Shown here piece after piece: positions 12,701 to 21,835 of a DNA stretch of 64,000 bases. Origin of the DNA: Rhynchopus sp. YZ270_cl-10 (taxonomy: Eukaryota); assembly GCA_964035575.1 (NCBI GenBank), contig OZ037845.1, forward strand, positions 620,001 to 684,000, given 5' to 3'. The notes beneath the pieces were generated by a model. It was given only the letters and a program-made list of their open reading frames with translations. It searched no databases and had not been told where the DNA came from. Position 1 is the stretch's first letter. Each line of letters starts with the position of its first letter. Position numbers and translations under genes: made by a program.

Positions 12701-15700
12701 ACGGAGTGGCAGGTACCGCAGCCGAAGTGCGTAGCAGCAGGGGGCTTCTCTGAGGGTGGAGCGAAGAAGAAGGCAGCGGGGACGTTCGTTCTGTTGCGTT
12801 CGGCGTGGGTAGGGACGGAACTGGTGTCGTGGGGGGAGGTAAGAGAAGGGTCCGCAGGGGTCTGTCTCGTTCCGCCGGGTATGGAGGCAGAGGCGGAGCT
12901 GAAGATGTCGCGCAGCCCAGGTGTGACGTGGGTGGGGTTCGCCCTCTTCCCGAGGTCAGGAGGGGTGAAGCTGCAGCATTGCGCAATGGGTAGGCAAGGG
13001 AGCGGGGGGGCTTTTTTGGGGGCGACGAACACCACCGTATACGTAGTGGGTGATGCCAGGCCGAAGAAGGATGGAGGGGTGAAGCGTGCAGCGGCGGTTC
13101 CGCGGATGTCGACGCTGTACGTGGCGATGAGGAGCGAGCAGGACCTCGCGTCGTCTGGGCGGAGCATGCGTGCAGCAGTGGAGAAGTGGGGAGGGAGCCT
13201 ACGCAACAAACCGATTGTGCAGGGAAATCTGGTGCTGGCCACGGCAGACGTCCGGGAGGACAAGATGGACGCCGCGTTGAAGCAAAGCGGGATGGAAGGG
13301 GGGGTGTTCTGCAGGATGAAGTTGGAGGATTCGCAGCACCTGCCTGTACTGTGGATGGATGGGCTGGGCCTGGAGGAGGTACGCGACCTCGCAGGCCGGT
13401 TGGGTGGCTGGGGGGTGACGGTGCGCGACACCCAATATGGGTTCAGGGTGAAACGGGAAGACCAGGAGGGGGTGAGAAACGCTCTGGAGAAGGAGGGGAA
13501 GCAGCCGTACGTGACGGAAGAACGGTACGTGGTGACGGGATTCCGCCAAGGGACCTCCGCGCTGGCAGTGAAGGAGTCGCTGGCAGGCGCAGACTGGGAG
13601 GTGACGCCGGTGAGACTGTTGCTTGGGTGGAGGTGGGTGGTAGGAGCGAAGAAGCCGCCTCCCGTGTGGGCGATGCAGATGGAAGGAAGCGAGCAGGGCC
13701 TGCTCATCAGGAAAGATGAGCGGGCAAAGCAGAGACCGACGGCACGGGTGCACACGGCACAGGCAACCGGGCCGACGTATGGACCTCAAGGGACGCCGTC
13801 GACGACGACGCATGGCTGGCGCGCCTGGGGGGGTTGGGGAGCACCCGCATTCGCAGCCACGCCCACTTCACCGTCGCAACCGCAGGCGCAGGCGCAACCA
13901 CAACAGCATCAGCCAGCACGGCAGAATAGTACAACGGCAGCGTCGTCGAGCACAACACCTACGCCGTCGATCCCCACACCAGCAGCCACACCGCAGGACG
14001 CTTCCCACCACCAGAAATGGGAAGAGCTGGAACGCCGCATGGGCGAAAGGGTGGACCGCCTGGTGGGAGAGCGCCTGCAGTCGCTGTTGAAGGAGACGGT
14101 GTCGTCAGTGACGGAGATGACGGTGCAGATACGGAAGGAGCAGGCAGAGCAGAGGAAGGACCAGCAGGCCTTCATGGAGGGTGTCATGAGGCTGCTGACC
14201 AAAGCGGATACGACGCAACCAGCGTCGGACGCCGGTGTTGAACGGATGGAGGAGACGGTGCCCGCTAACCTGGCTGGCAAGAGAGACACCCGGAGTGGGT
14301 CTAGCGGCAGACAGAGCCCTCGCCGTAAGATGAAGATAGCGGAGCCGACACCCCCCGCCGCCTCTACCAATGTTGAGCAGCAGGGAACCGATAACGCCAC
14401 CAATGACGAGGTGAGGGTGGGTGAAGATCCCGTTCTGCCGGATGTTGTCTCCGAACAAGCAGATGAAGCGTCGGACGCCAGTGATGTGCAGATGGAGGAG
14501 ACGATGCCCGCTAACCTGGCTGGCAAGAGGGACACCCGGAGTGGGTCAAGCGGCATCCAGAGCCAAAGCCCGCGTCGCAGGAGGAAGGTAGAAGAGACGA
14601 CAGCCCCCGCCGCCTCTACCAATGTTGAGGAGCAGGCAGACGCCATCGGTGCTGACGTGGTGGGGATGGGTGAAGATGCCGTTCTGCCGGACTGTGTCTC
14701 CCCAATCAGCAATGAGGACGGAGACATGGCAAGTGCGAAGTCCTCCCCTGCACCCGTGCCGTTGTCACCCCCCTCCGATGCGATGGAGGCTGATGAGGTG
14801 GAGATCCCCCCTCCCGTCAGCATGGCAGGCAAGAGGGACACCCGCAGCGGATCCAGTGGGATTGCACAGCTGAGCCCTCGGCGCCGTGCGAGGATTGACC
14901 TGCCCGCGCCCCAGTCCCGGACCCGGTCGCAATCGCTCCCAGTGGAGTCAGAGTGGCTACAGGAAGGCGATCTGATGGTCTACTGCGTAGACCAAATGCG
15001 GTTTGATGTGGTGGTGGTGAAGATGACCGTCGAGGGTGTGGAGATCGCGTTTGGCCCTCTCCAAGGGCACCCAAACCGGACGGTATCGCGCAAATGCTTG
15101 TTTGGCAGGACGAAGTGACGGGATGGTGTGATGGTTGGCACAGGATTGGCTTCTTCGTGCGACGTTGGTGAAGGAGACGTTTTCTTCAAAACGGCCTCCC
15201 CAACAAGGGGTCAGCATCGCCCGCGTTCTACGGGCTGTATGCTGTTGGGGGTACTGGGTAAGGGTGGTGGTGTTAGACGAAAGGTACGGCGTGGGGAGCG
15301 ACGAGGGGTACGGCGCGGGGTGCGTCGAGGGGTACTACCAGGGACGTGTCGAAGGGTACGACGTGGGGCGTTCTTGGGTAGGGGGTCACTGCTGACATGT
15401 GGGGACGTAGAGGAGCATCCGGGTCCGTCGACCATGTCGCTTGGCACGGCAAACGTGACGTCTCTGAGGGCACACCCTGCGGTGGGGGAGTGGGATGTGG
15501 ATGTTTGTGCTCTGCAGGAGGTGCGGCTCACAGAAGAAGAGATGAAGGGGGCAGCAAACGACGTGAAGGGGTATGGTGCCAAGCAGCTTCTCTTTGGTGC
15601 CCCTTGCAGACGAAGCCAGGGATCAGACCCTCTGCGCACGCGCACGCAGAATGGTGGAGTTGCGATCATGACGTGCGCTGACATACCGACCAGAGCAGTA

Positions 15701-18700
15701 CCGCCACAATGTGCCCAACAAGCGTGGAACGAATGCCGCTTTACGCATGCGCAGGTGGCATATGGGAGCGGGGGACGCAACATCTCTGTGTTCTCGTTTT
15801 ATGGTGTGTGTGCTGACAGCGACCGCACGGAGCAACTCCTGACAGACATCTTTGAAGAAGCAGCCAGCCTTGGGGACATACCGGTGTTCATTGCCGGAGA
15901 CTTCAACGTAGAGGCTAACGAAAGTCTGGCCATTCGAGCGGCCATCTCCTCCGGCAAATGGGTTGATGCGGCAGATACCTACGCACAGCAGTTGGGTAAG
16001 GCAGCAGAGAACACATGCTACACCTCCACATCGTCTGGCAGACGTATCGACTTGGTGCTGGCGAACCACGTGGCTGCCCCTGCGATCTCCAAAGTGGTGG
16101 TCTGGAAAGAGAGCTGCCTCCCGGTACACAGACCGGTGGTGTTGACGTTAGACCTGACGCGATACGAGCAGAAGGCACCGCAGGCACGCCCTCCCCTTTC
16201 TTTGATCGGCGACGACTGGACGAAATGGCCGGCGAAGAAGGAGAAGGAGCTTGCAGCGAAGGTGATGCAGGAGAACGCTGCCCCTGAAGCCGACCTGACG
16301 AAGATGTCGGTTGAAGATCGCTGGGCACGCTTCTGCAAGATTGCGGAGGACTACCTGCTGAAGAGAGGTGCTGCAGACTCAGACCCGAAGCAACAACGCC
16401 ACAGGGGGAGAGGGGAGGTGCAACCCGACGTTCTCCGACATCGGACGGCCCGCATGGACTGCGACACGCCGGATGCTGTGAACCTGGAGACGGCTCAACT
16501 GCAGAAGACATGTCGTCAGATGGAGCAGCTCATTGGTGATCGGAGGAAGCGCTTCGGTCAGCCATCTGCAGAATCGTTGAACGAACGGCAGCTGTGGGCG
16601 AAAATCCGCAAGAAGAAGCATCTCCTGAAGAGTGACACCTGGGACCTCGACCTTCCTGGGATAGAGGAGTTGTGTGGGCTCCTTGGCTGCCTGAAGAAGA
16701 GGGGTTTTGTCCTGCTGGAGCAACGGCGACGGGCCCGCATCAAGGAATGGCGCCGCACTATGAAGGAACACATGAAGGAGAACCCAGCGAAGGTGTTCTC
16801 GTTCCTGCGGAAGGCTACGTCGTCACACACCACGTTCCTGAAACGGGAGGACGGCACGGTTACAGCTAACCTCCAGGAGATGGATGAACTGCTCATGGAT
16901 GACCGTGCTTGGGGTGGGGTGTTCCGGATGTATGACGATTCCGAAGAACCTGCGTGGACGACGTTCTTTGATAGGTTCAAGGAACACATTCCTGAAGGGA
17001 CCCCTTGTGTATGCGAACCCCTGACCGCCGACGACCTCCGTACGACCATCGGCAAGATGAAGCGGAAAAAGGCGGCAGGCCTCGATGGGTGGAGGGTGGA
17101 GGAGCTGAAGGAACTGCCTTTGACACTGCTGGAGGAACTCGCGCGCTGCCTGAACCTGATCGAGGATACTGGGAACTGGCCCAGGGTGATTGCGAGGGCG
17201 TTGGTGGTGCTCATCCCCAAAGGAGAAGGCGAGGAGCCCCTGAAGCAGCGACCCATAACCATCACCAGTGTGATGTACAGGTTATGGGCGGCGACTCGAC
17301 TCCGCAAAGTGGCGACGTGGCAGGAATCCTGGATTCACGAGCGGCAACACGGCTTCCGGAACAAACACGGAACCGAAGACCTGCTGTGGTTTCTCTGTGC
17401 GAAGATGGAGGAGGCTCTGATAGACGACACACCTATCTATCTAGCCTCCTTCGACTATCAGAAGTGCTTTGACCGTGTTCCCCAAGAGATCATGTTCCAG
17501 CTCGTCGAACGGTTGGGTCTTCCCGACAACATGATGCGCCCCATCCGGGGTATATACAAGAAGCTGGGGAGGCGTTTCAAACTGCCGGCAGGTCTTGGCA
17601 AAGAATGGTTTGCGACGAATGGTATCCTCCAAGGATGCCCACTGAGCGTAATCTTCCTGAATGCGCTGGTGGCGGTGTGGATGAACGGGGTGGAGAAGGA
17701 AACGGGCACGCAGGGGCTGGCGTACGCTGACGACACCAACCTCCTGACGAAGACCCTCGACCAGCTGCGAGCGGGTGTCGCCTTCACCGGACACTTTGCA
17801 GACTTGACGGGACAACGCGTCCACGCGGGGAAAAGCACGTGGCAGAGCAACCGTCCTGATGAAGAGGAAACTGTGCAGATGAACGGCGCGGATCTTACTC
17901 GCGTCGAGAAGTCGGAGTGCCTGGGGGCGACGGTGCAGGCACGACAGGCTGGGACGCCCACGCTCCCGACGAAACTGGAAGGCACCATCGACGCATGCGG
18001 ACCGCTAGCAGGTAAGGTGGGATGCCTCCCGCTGACTCAAGGTGAGAAAGCAGGCATCATGCAGGCTGCAGTGATGTCGAAATCTGTGTACGGTATCACG
18101 GTGCAGGACCCACCTGGGAAATACGTGAACAGTCTTGCAACTGCAGTGGAGAAAGGGGTCCACGGCGTGAACAAGATGAATCGGCGAAGCGTACCGGTCA
18201 TGCTGAATGTCTTCGAGAAAGGCCATCTGCTCGACCCCTCGGTGGCATTCGACTACAGAAGGATCATGACGTGGGCGGCGATGATACGCAAATCGGATGA
18301 GATCTGTTCGCTGGTCGAAAAGTGCAGGTTACGTGCGAAAGCGAAGCAGGCGAAGACTGGAGGACCCATCGGGTTGATTGCGCGAGCCCTCAGCCGCCTT
18401 GCGTGGTCGTGGATAGACACGACAAAGGTGAAAACGCACGATGGGAGCATCGTTGATGTGAAGACGGTAAGCTTGGGTAGACTGGGCCACGTTGTGCGAG
18501 AACGGATGTTCTTCATTCGACTCTCCCGTACGAAGACGACTGCGAAGGTCAATGGCAAAGGCAGAGCTAACCTGAAGGGTATTGAAGCGGGGGTGGATAA
18601 GGAGAAAACCCTTGCTCTCACCCGAAGCAAAACTTTGACGGATTACGAGGCGGGGACGCTGCGACACATTGTAGCTGACGGTGCGATAACGGGGGTGCGA

Positions 18701-20618
18701 CTTGCGAGAGCGCGCATACGGGACTCGGCCATCTGCGTTCACTGCGAAGCGGGGGTGGACGAAAATCACAAACACTTGTGGTGGGAATGTGAAGCATGGA
18801 GTAGCATTCGTGCGGAGTACCCCTTGCTGTTGGACATTGACAGAACGACCTGGCCAAACTGTCTCGCTATCTGCGGCATGTGCACACCGGACACACCTTT
18901 GGAATGCGCCCGTGTTGCAGACCTGCAGAAGATGATGGTGCGCATCCTCATCGCACGCTCCAAGTGGAGCAGACCGGAAGCGGCGAACCCGCGACTGCAA
19001 GAAGACCGATACCCGTGGACGTGGGCACCGGAGTTGGACACGACGACGCAACACGCGAACAGTTTGGTGGACTACACCCCCCTGAAAAGGAGGTGGCCGT
19101 ATGGACGTGCTCTGCTGCTGGCGTTTGCCTCCTGGCTGGGTGGTTTACAATGGAGCGACGAAGCTGGACGTGAAGTCTCCCACATGGAGCTGCTCATCGA
19201 CTTCGAGGTTGCCACAGGGATGGACATCCGACCTGGGGACAAGACCGGCAGAATAGCGCCGAAGCTGAAGCAGCCGAGGGCTGGGACTGGGGAAGAAGAC
19301 AACAATGGGGGGGAAGACGACGGGAGTGGGGAAGACGACGATGATGACGACGTGGTGCCAGTAGCGCTGGCCCACAGAGAAATGGCGAAGACGACCACCT
19401 TTGGGCATATGTTGGCTTCACTCAGAACCTTTTCGGAGAGCTCTCTCCATCCGGGGAAGGTGAAGGTAACGCATGTTCTCGCTTCGTTTGGGGCGAACGC
19501 CATCACAGGCATCGACCGCCGTCCTATCTTTGCCGGCGGAGAAGAAACGTTGAAGGCATTGCGTGCGCTATACGATGCTGGTGTGGCGTACCGTCTGCAA
19601 CGCAGCTCCGAAGGCATGTCTGAGGTGGAGCTCCGTGGTGGCGATAGAGCGAGAGGTACATGGATGGGGGAGTATTCTGCTGAGACGGCGTACCCCTCCA
19701 CAGAACTTAGAGGCAGGAGGGCACTACCATTCATCCAGCGGGCTGAACAGGAGACATCTGCGCATGCTCGCTACCGGCACCATGAGCACGTGCGTCCAGG
19801 GGATGCACCCGTGAAGGCACCTGAAGGAGCGGTTCCGATCTTCCAGTTTGCGATATGTGTGCTGCACCGGAAGACGAAGTGTGATGCCTGCTCGAAGAAC
19901 GCCCAGGCAGACCTGATGCATTGCTGCTTTGCGCACCACTCCAACGACGACGGGTTACCGATCCGACACGAATCATGCACTAAGCATAGACTCTCGAGGT
20001 GCGGGAACTGTGTGCAAGAGAAGAGTACGCTGGAGCACTGCTGCCGCCGTCACCACGACACCTCGAAGGGGCGACAGACGACGCTGGGAGGCTTCTTCAA
20101 GAAGAAGCAGACGAAGCAGAAGGATGGGCACAGCAGGGGCGGTGATGGACTTATGTAACATCACCTCCACGATGTATTGTATCACCTATCTCGGATAGGG
20201 GTGCATGCATCGAAAACGGGCCCCCACCGTTGACCCACCTACTCAAAGGTTAAGTGAATAAAAACAACAAAAATAAGGGTCATACCTCCTTCTCCGTCTC
20301 GAGCTTGCGGATTCTGGCGAGTACATCGGCCTCGCTTGGTGGGACAACCACAAAATACTTCGCAGCAGTACCCAAGGCATCGCGAGTAAACGTTTTATGC
20401 CGAACACAACGGATCAAGAGATCAACGTGATCACTGAGCATCTCCTCCTTTGTCTGCAACTTCTCCTCCTTTGTGTACAACTCCTTCTTCACTGTCTCCA
20501 GCTTCCTCACAACGTCTTCCTTTTCTGCAACAGAGTCTTTTAGACCAGCCATGGAAGAAGCAGCCTGTTGTTCATTCAAGGGCAGGGGTACACTTCCGTC
20601 ATCCACACCAGGAGACAT
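9738..20618 (-). CDS. Crinkler/RHS-type protein copy 3; exons 20618-20286 and 11798-9738; intron expanded by an 8.2-kb retrotransposon
   Basis: Exon 2 nearly identical to copy 2 plus one 21-nt heptad; donor (20285) and acceptor (11799) intact. Confidence 0.7.
12046..12141 (+). ncRNA. HDV-like self-cleaving ribozyme at the retrotransposon 5' end
   Basis: P1 GAGGGU/ACCCUU with G1-U wobble; P3 GCC/GGU; L3 GCCACGU; P1.1 CC/GG; P4 GGCGGC/GUCGCC; J4/2 GCGAA (catalytic C12120); P2 GCGC/GCGC. Confidence 0.75.
12164..15118 (+). CDS. Retrotransposon ORF1: OTU cysteine protease, central domain, coiled coil, 3x AGKRDTRSGSSG repeats, C-terminal Tudor-like domain
   Basis: First ATG inside the element at 12164; OTU motifs GDCQF..WGDHLTL..HY; C-terminus WLQEGDLMVY..FDVVVVKMTVEGVEIAF..TVSRKCL. 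Confidence 0.85.
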   Translation: MGGGAGGVDGKGVGEKEVLAEYLKQFELRMKDAGGAGDCQFKAVSMAMHGDATAHVGLRAMCVEELRKTAGVWTAFVQGSYQSYCTAMAKQGTWGDHLTLQAMAGILGKDILVFSVRDEKIRVLKLQTAGKGGSGAALSLAYLGGCHYVCIHASDKGEGLSLEERARKAMAGGALETEDTEWQVPQPKCVAAGGFSEGGAKKKAAGTFVLLRSAWVGTELVSWGEVREGSAGVCLVPPGMEAEAELKMSRSPGVTWVGFALFPRSGGVKLQHCAMGRQGSGGAFLGATNTTVYVVGDARPKKDGGVKRAAAVPRMSTLYVAMRSEQDLASSGRSMRAAVEKWGGSLRNKPIVQGNLVLATADVREDKMDAALKQSGMEGGVFCRMKLEDSQHLPVLWMDGLGLEEVRDLAGRLGGWGVTVRDTQYGFRVKREDQEGVRNALEKEGKQPYVTEERYVVTGFRQGTSALAVKESLAGADWEVTPVRLLLGWRWVVGAKKPPPVWAMQMEGSEQGLLIRKDERAKQRPTARVHTAQATGPTYGPQGTPSTTTHGWRAWGGWGAPAFAATPTSPSQPQAQAQPQQHQPARQNSTTAASSSTTPTPSIPTPAATPQDASHHQKWEELERRMGERVDRLVGERLQSLLKETVSSVTEMTVQIRKEQAEQRKDQQAFMEGVMRLLTKADTTQPASDAGVERMEETVPANLAGKRDTRSGSSGRQSPRRKMKIAEPTPPAASTNVEQQGTDNATNDEVRVGEDPVLPDVVSEQADEASDASDVQMEETMPANLAGKRDTRSGSSGIQSQSPRRRRKVEETTAPAASTNVEEQADAIGADVVGMGEDAVLPDCVSPISNEDGDMASAKSSPAPVPLSPPSDAMEADEVEIPPPVSMAGKRDTRSGSSGIAQLSPRRRARIDLPAPQSRTRSQSLPVESEWLQEGDLMVYCVDQMRFDVVVVKMTVEGVEIAFGPLQGHPNRTVSRKCLFGRTK
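15119..20158 (+). CDS. Retrotransposon ORF2: Arg-rich linker, 2A-like peptide, APE endonuclease, reverse transcriptase, CCHC knuckle, Cys/His repeats, PIP box
   Basis: NVTSL/LQEV/GDFN/RID APE motifs; GILQGCPLS and YADD (17723) RT motifs; CVHC..H...EC at 18734-18790; same frame as ORF1. Confidence 0.95.
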   Translation, partial: RDGVMVGTGLASSCDVGEGDVFFKTASPTRGQHRPRSTGCMLLGVLGKGGGVRRKVRRGERRGVRRGVRRGVLPGTCRRVRRGAFLGRGSLLTCGDVEEHPGPSTMSLGTANVTSLRAHPAVGEWDVDVCALQEVRLTEEEMKGAANDVKGYGAKQLLFGAPCRRSQGSDPLRTRTQNGGVAIMTCADIPTRAVPPQCAQQAWNECRFTHAQVAYGSGGRNISVFSFYGVCADSDRTEQLLTDIFEEAASLGDIPVFIAGDFNVEANESLAIRAAISSGKWVDAADTYAQQLGKAAENTCYTSTSSGRRIDLVLANHVAAPAISKVVVWKESCLPVHRPVVLTLDLTRYEQKAPQARPPLSLIGDDWTKWPAKKEKELAAKVMQENAAPEADLTKMSVEDRWARFCKIAEDYLLKRGAADSDPKQQRHRGRGEVQPDVLRHRTARMDCDTPDAVNLETAQLQKTCRQMEQLIGDRRKRFGQPSAESLNERQLWAKIRKKKHLLKSDTWDLDLPGIEELCGLLGCLKKRGFVLLEQRRRARIKEWRRTMKEHMKENPAKVFSFLRKATSSHTTFLKREDGTVTANLQEMDELLMDDRAWGGVFRMYDDSEEPAWTTFFDRFKEHIPEGTPCVCEPLTADDLRTTIGKMKRKKAAGLDGWRVEELKELPLTLLEELARCLNLIEDTGNWPRVIARALVVLIPKGEGEEPLKQRPITITSVMYRLWAATRLRKVATWQESWIHERQHGFRNKHGTEDLLWFLCAKMEEALIDDTPIYLASFDYQKCFDRVPQEIMFQLVERLGLPDNMMRPIRGIYKKLGRRFKLPAGLGKEWFATNGILQGCPLSVIFLNALVAVWMNGVEKETGTQGLAYADDTNLLTKTLDQLRAGVAFTGHFADLTGQRVHAGKSTWQSNRPDEEETVQMNGADLTRVEKSECLGATVQARQAGTPTLPTKLEGTIDACGPLAGKVGCLPLTQGEKAGIMQAAVMSKSVYGITVQDPPGKYVNSLATAVEKGVHGVNKMNRRSVPVMLNVFEKGHLLDPSVAFDYRRIMTWAAMIRKSDEICSLVEKCRLRAKAKQAKTGGPIGLIARALSRLAWSWIDTTKVKTHDGSIVDVKTVSLGRLGHVVRERMFFIRLSRTKTTAKVNGKGRANLKGIEAGVDKEKTLALTRSKTLTDYEAGTLRHIVADGAITGVRLARARIRDSAICVHCEAGVDENHKHLWWECEAWSSIRAEYPLLLDIDRTTWPNCLAICGMCTPDTPLECARVADLQKMMVRILIARSKWSRPEAANPRLQEDRYPWTWAPELDTTTQHANSLVDYTPLKRRWPYGRALLLAFASWLGGLQWSDEAGREVSHMELLIDFEVATGMDIRPGDKTGRIAPKLKQPRAGTGEEDNNGGEDDGSGEDDDDDDVVPVALAHREMAKTTTFGHMLASLRTFSESSLHPGKVKVTHVLASFGANAITGIDRRPIFAGGEETLKALRALYDAGVAYRLQRSSEGMSEVELRGGDRARGTWMGEYSAETAYPSTELRGRRALPFIQRAEQETSAHARYRHHEHVRPGDAPVKAPEGAVPIFQFAICVLHRKTKCDACSKNAQADLMHCCFAHHSNDDGLPIRHESCTKHRLSRCGNCVQEKSTLEHCCRRHHDTSKGRQTTLGGFFKKKQTKQKDGHSRGGDGLM
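15377..15427 (+). other. 2A-like ribosomal StopGo peptide GRGSLLTCGDVEEHPGP
   Basis: Matches Thosea asigna virus T2A (GRGSLLTCGDVEENPGP) except N>H; lies immediately before the APE domain. Confidence 0.85.
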
Positions 20619-21465
20619 ACTTGAAGAGAAAGGGGTTTGGGGAACAGAACAAAACAAAACGAATAAAAACAGGGGAAAACAAACGTTGCAGGGCAAGTGT
20701 TTGGGTATACGGGCGGGGGTTGGGTTTTGTGTGAAGAGGAAGGGGAAGGGGAAGAAAAGAGTCTGCGCAGTGATGTGGTGTGTGAAATAGGTGAGGTGGC
20801 GTGACGTGAACAATGTGACTAACGTGGCTTTCGTGCAGTTGTTCTTTGTTCTTCGAAAAGAATGTGTGATCTCTATCATGTCGGAGGTGCACCTTCCTCA
20901 CGCTGTGGTGCTTACCTTAAGAGGGGCAGCTGTGCTGCGAACACAGTCATCAAAAACGAGGAAATGGTACACCTGATAACCCCATTTGCGTACTTGGTGA
21001 AAGTACGGGGATTTTTTTTTTTTTGATTTGTGGGTATTTTTATCCACGGTGCGCTGGTCAGAGGATACCTGGTAAGGGTAGAAAAGGGCCGGTTTGAATC
21101 CTATATTAGAGGTTAACATCTAAAAACGGCTGCGTGGAGATCATACGAAACAAAAGCGAGGTGACCACAGAGTTGTCAATATATCAAAAAAAGAAGTAGA
21201 GGTGAAATACAAAGCCCTCTCGTGAACAATGTACCTTGGTACAATGACCGGCTGTACCGGGGGATACCCAACCATGCAGTACGACATCCATTTCGTGGTT
21301 TACATCTGATATGTGCTACTCCCGCTTCCACTCATCAGCCAGATGAACGGGGATCATTGCAAAAACAGGGACGCGAATCCTGTGTGATGTAGGGTCTGGT
21401 TGGGGGAAAAATGAGGGTGAGGGTGGGTACCTTTTTTATTCCTGGTCTGCCCTCATGGGCTGTGT

Positions 21466-21500
<35 letters not shown>

Positions 21501-21835
21501 TGTTTTGTTTTTGCAAGGTTTTCTGGGTTTCGTTCACAATTCCCCCAACCCCCTCCCACAATACTCCTACACAGGATTCTTTTTTTCTCTCCTACGTATT
21601 GAGTTTTGGGGAATTTACTGTATTTTTTTAAATATTTTTTACTCAAAAAAGACGCCCATTGTTTTACGCTAATAAATAAGAGAGACTAATTTTCCCTTTG
21701 GTTTAAAATGTTATGTCCGGACATTGCCTTTTGGTGTGGTTCTCTTTTTGTTTATTTGCTTCCTTTACGCACAATACCCTTCATTTCACACATAACACTT
21801 TTATACAGACCGATTCACACACTCCAAACTCCTTA

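Larger units (their letters stand above)
12046..20230 (+). mobile_element. Full-length APE-type non-LTR retrotransposon (Ingi/L1Tc-like features)
   Basis: 15-bp TSD tgacccacctactca at 12031-12045 and 20231-20245; empty sites in units 1 and 2; two long intact ORFs. Confidence 0.95.

Noticed and set aside
15377..15427. Vector contamination (T2A tag)
   Set aside because: Embedded in frame in a TSD-flanked natural element, with an N>H change and no vector sequence nearby
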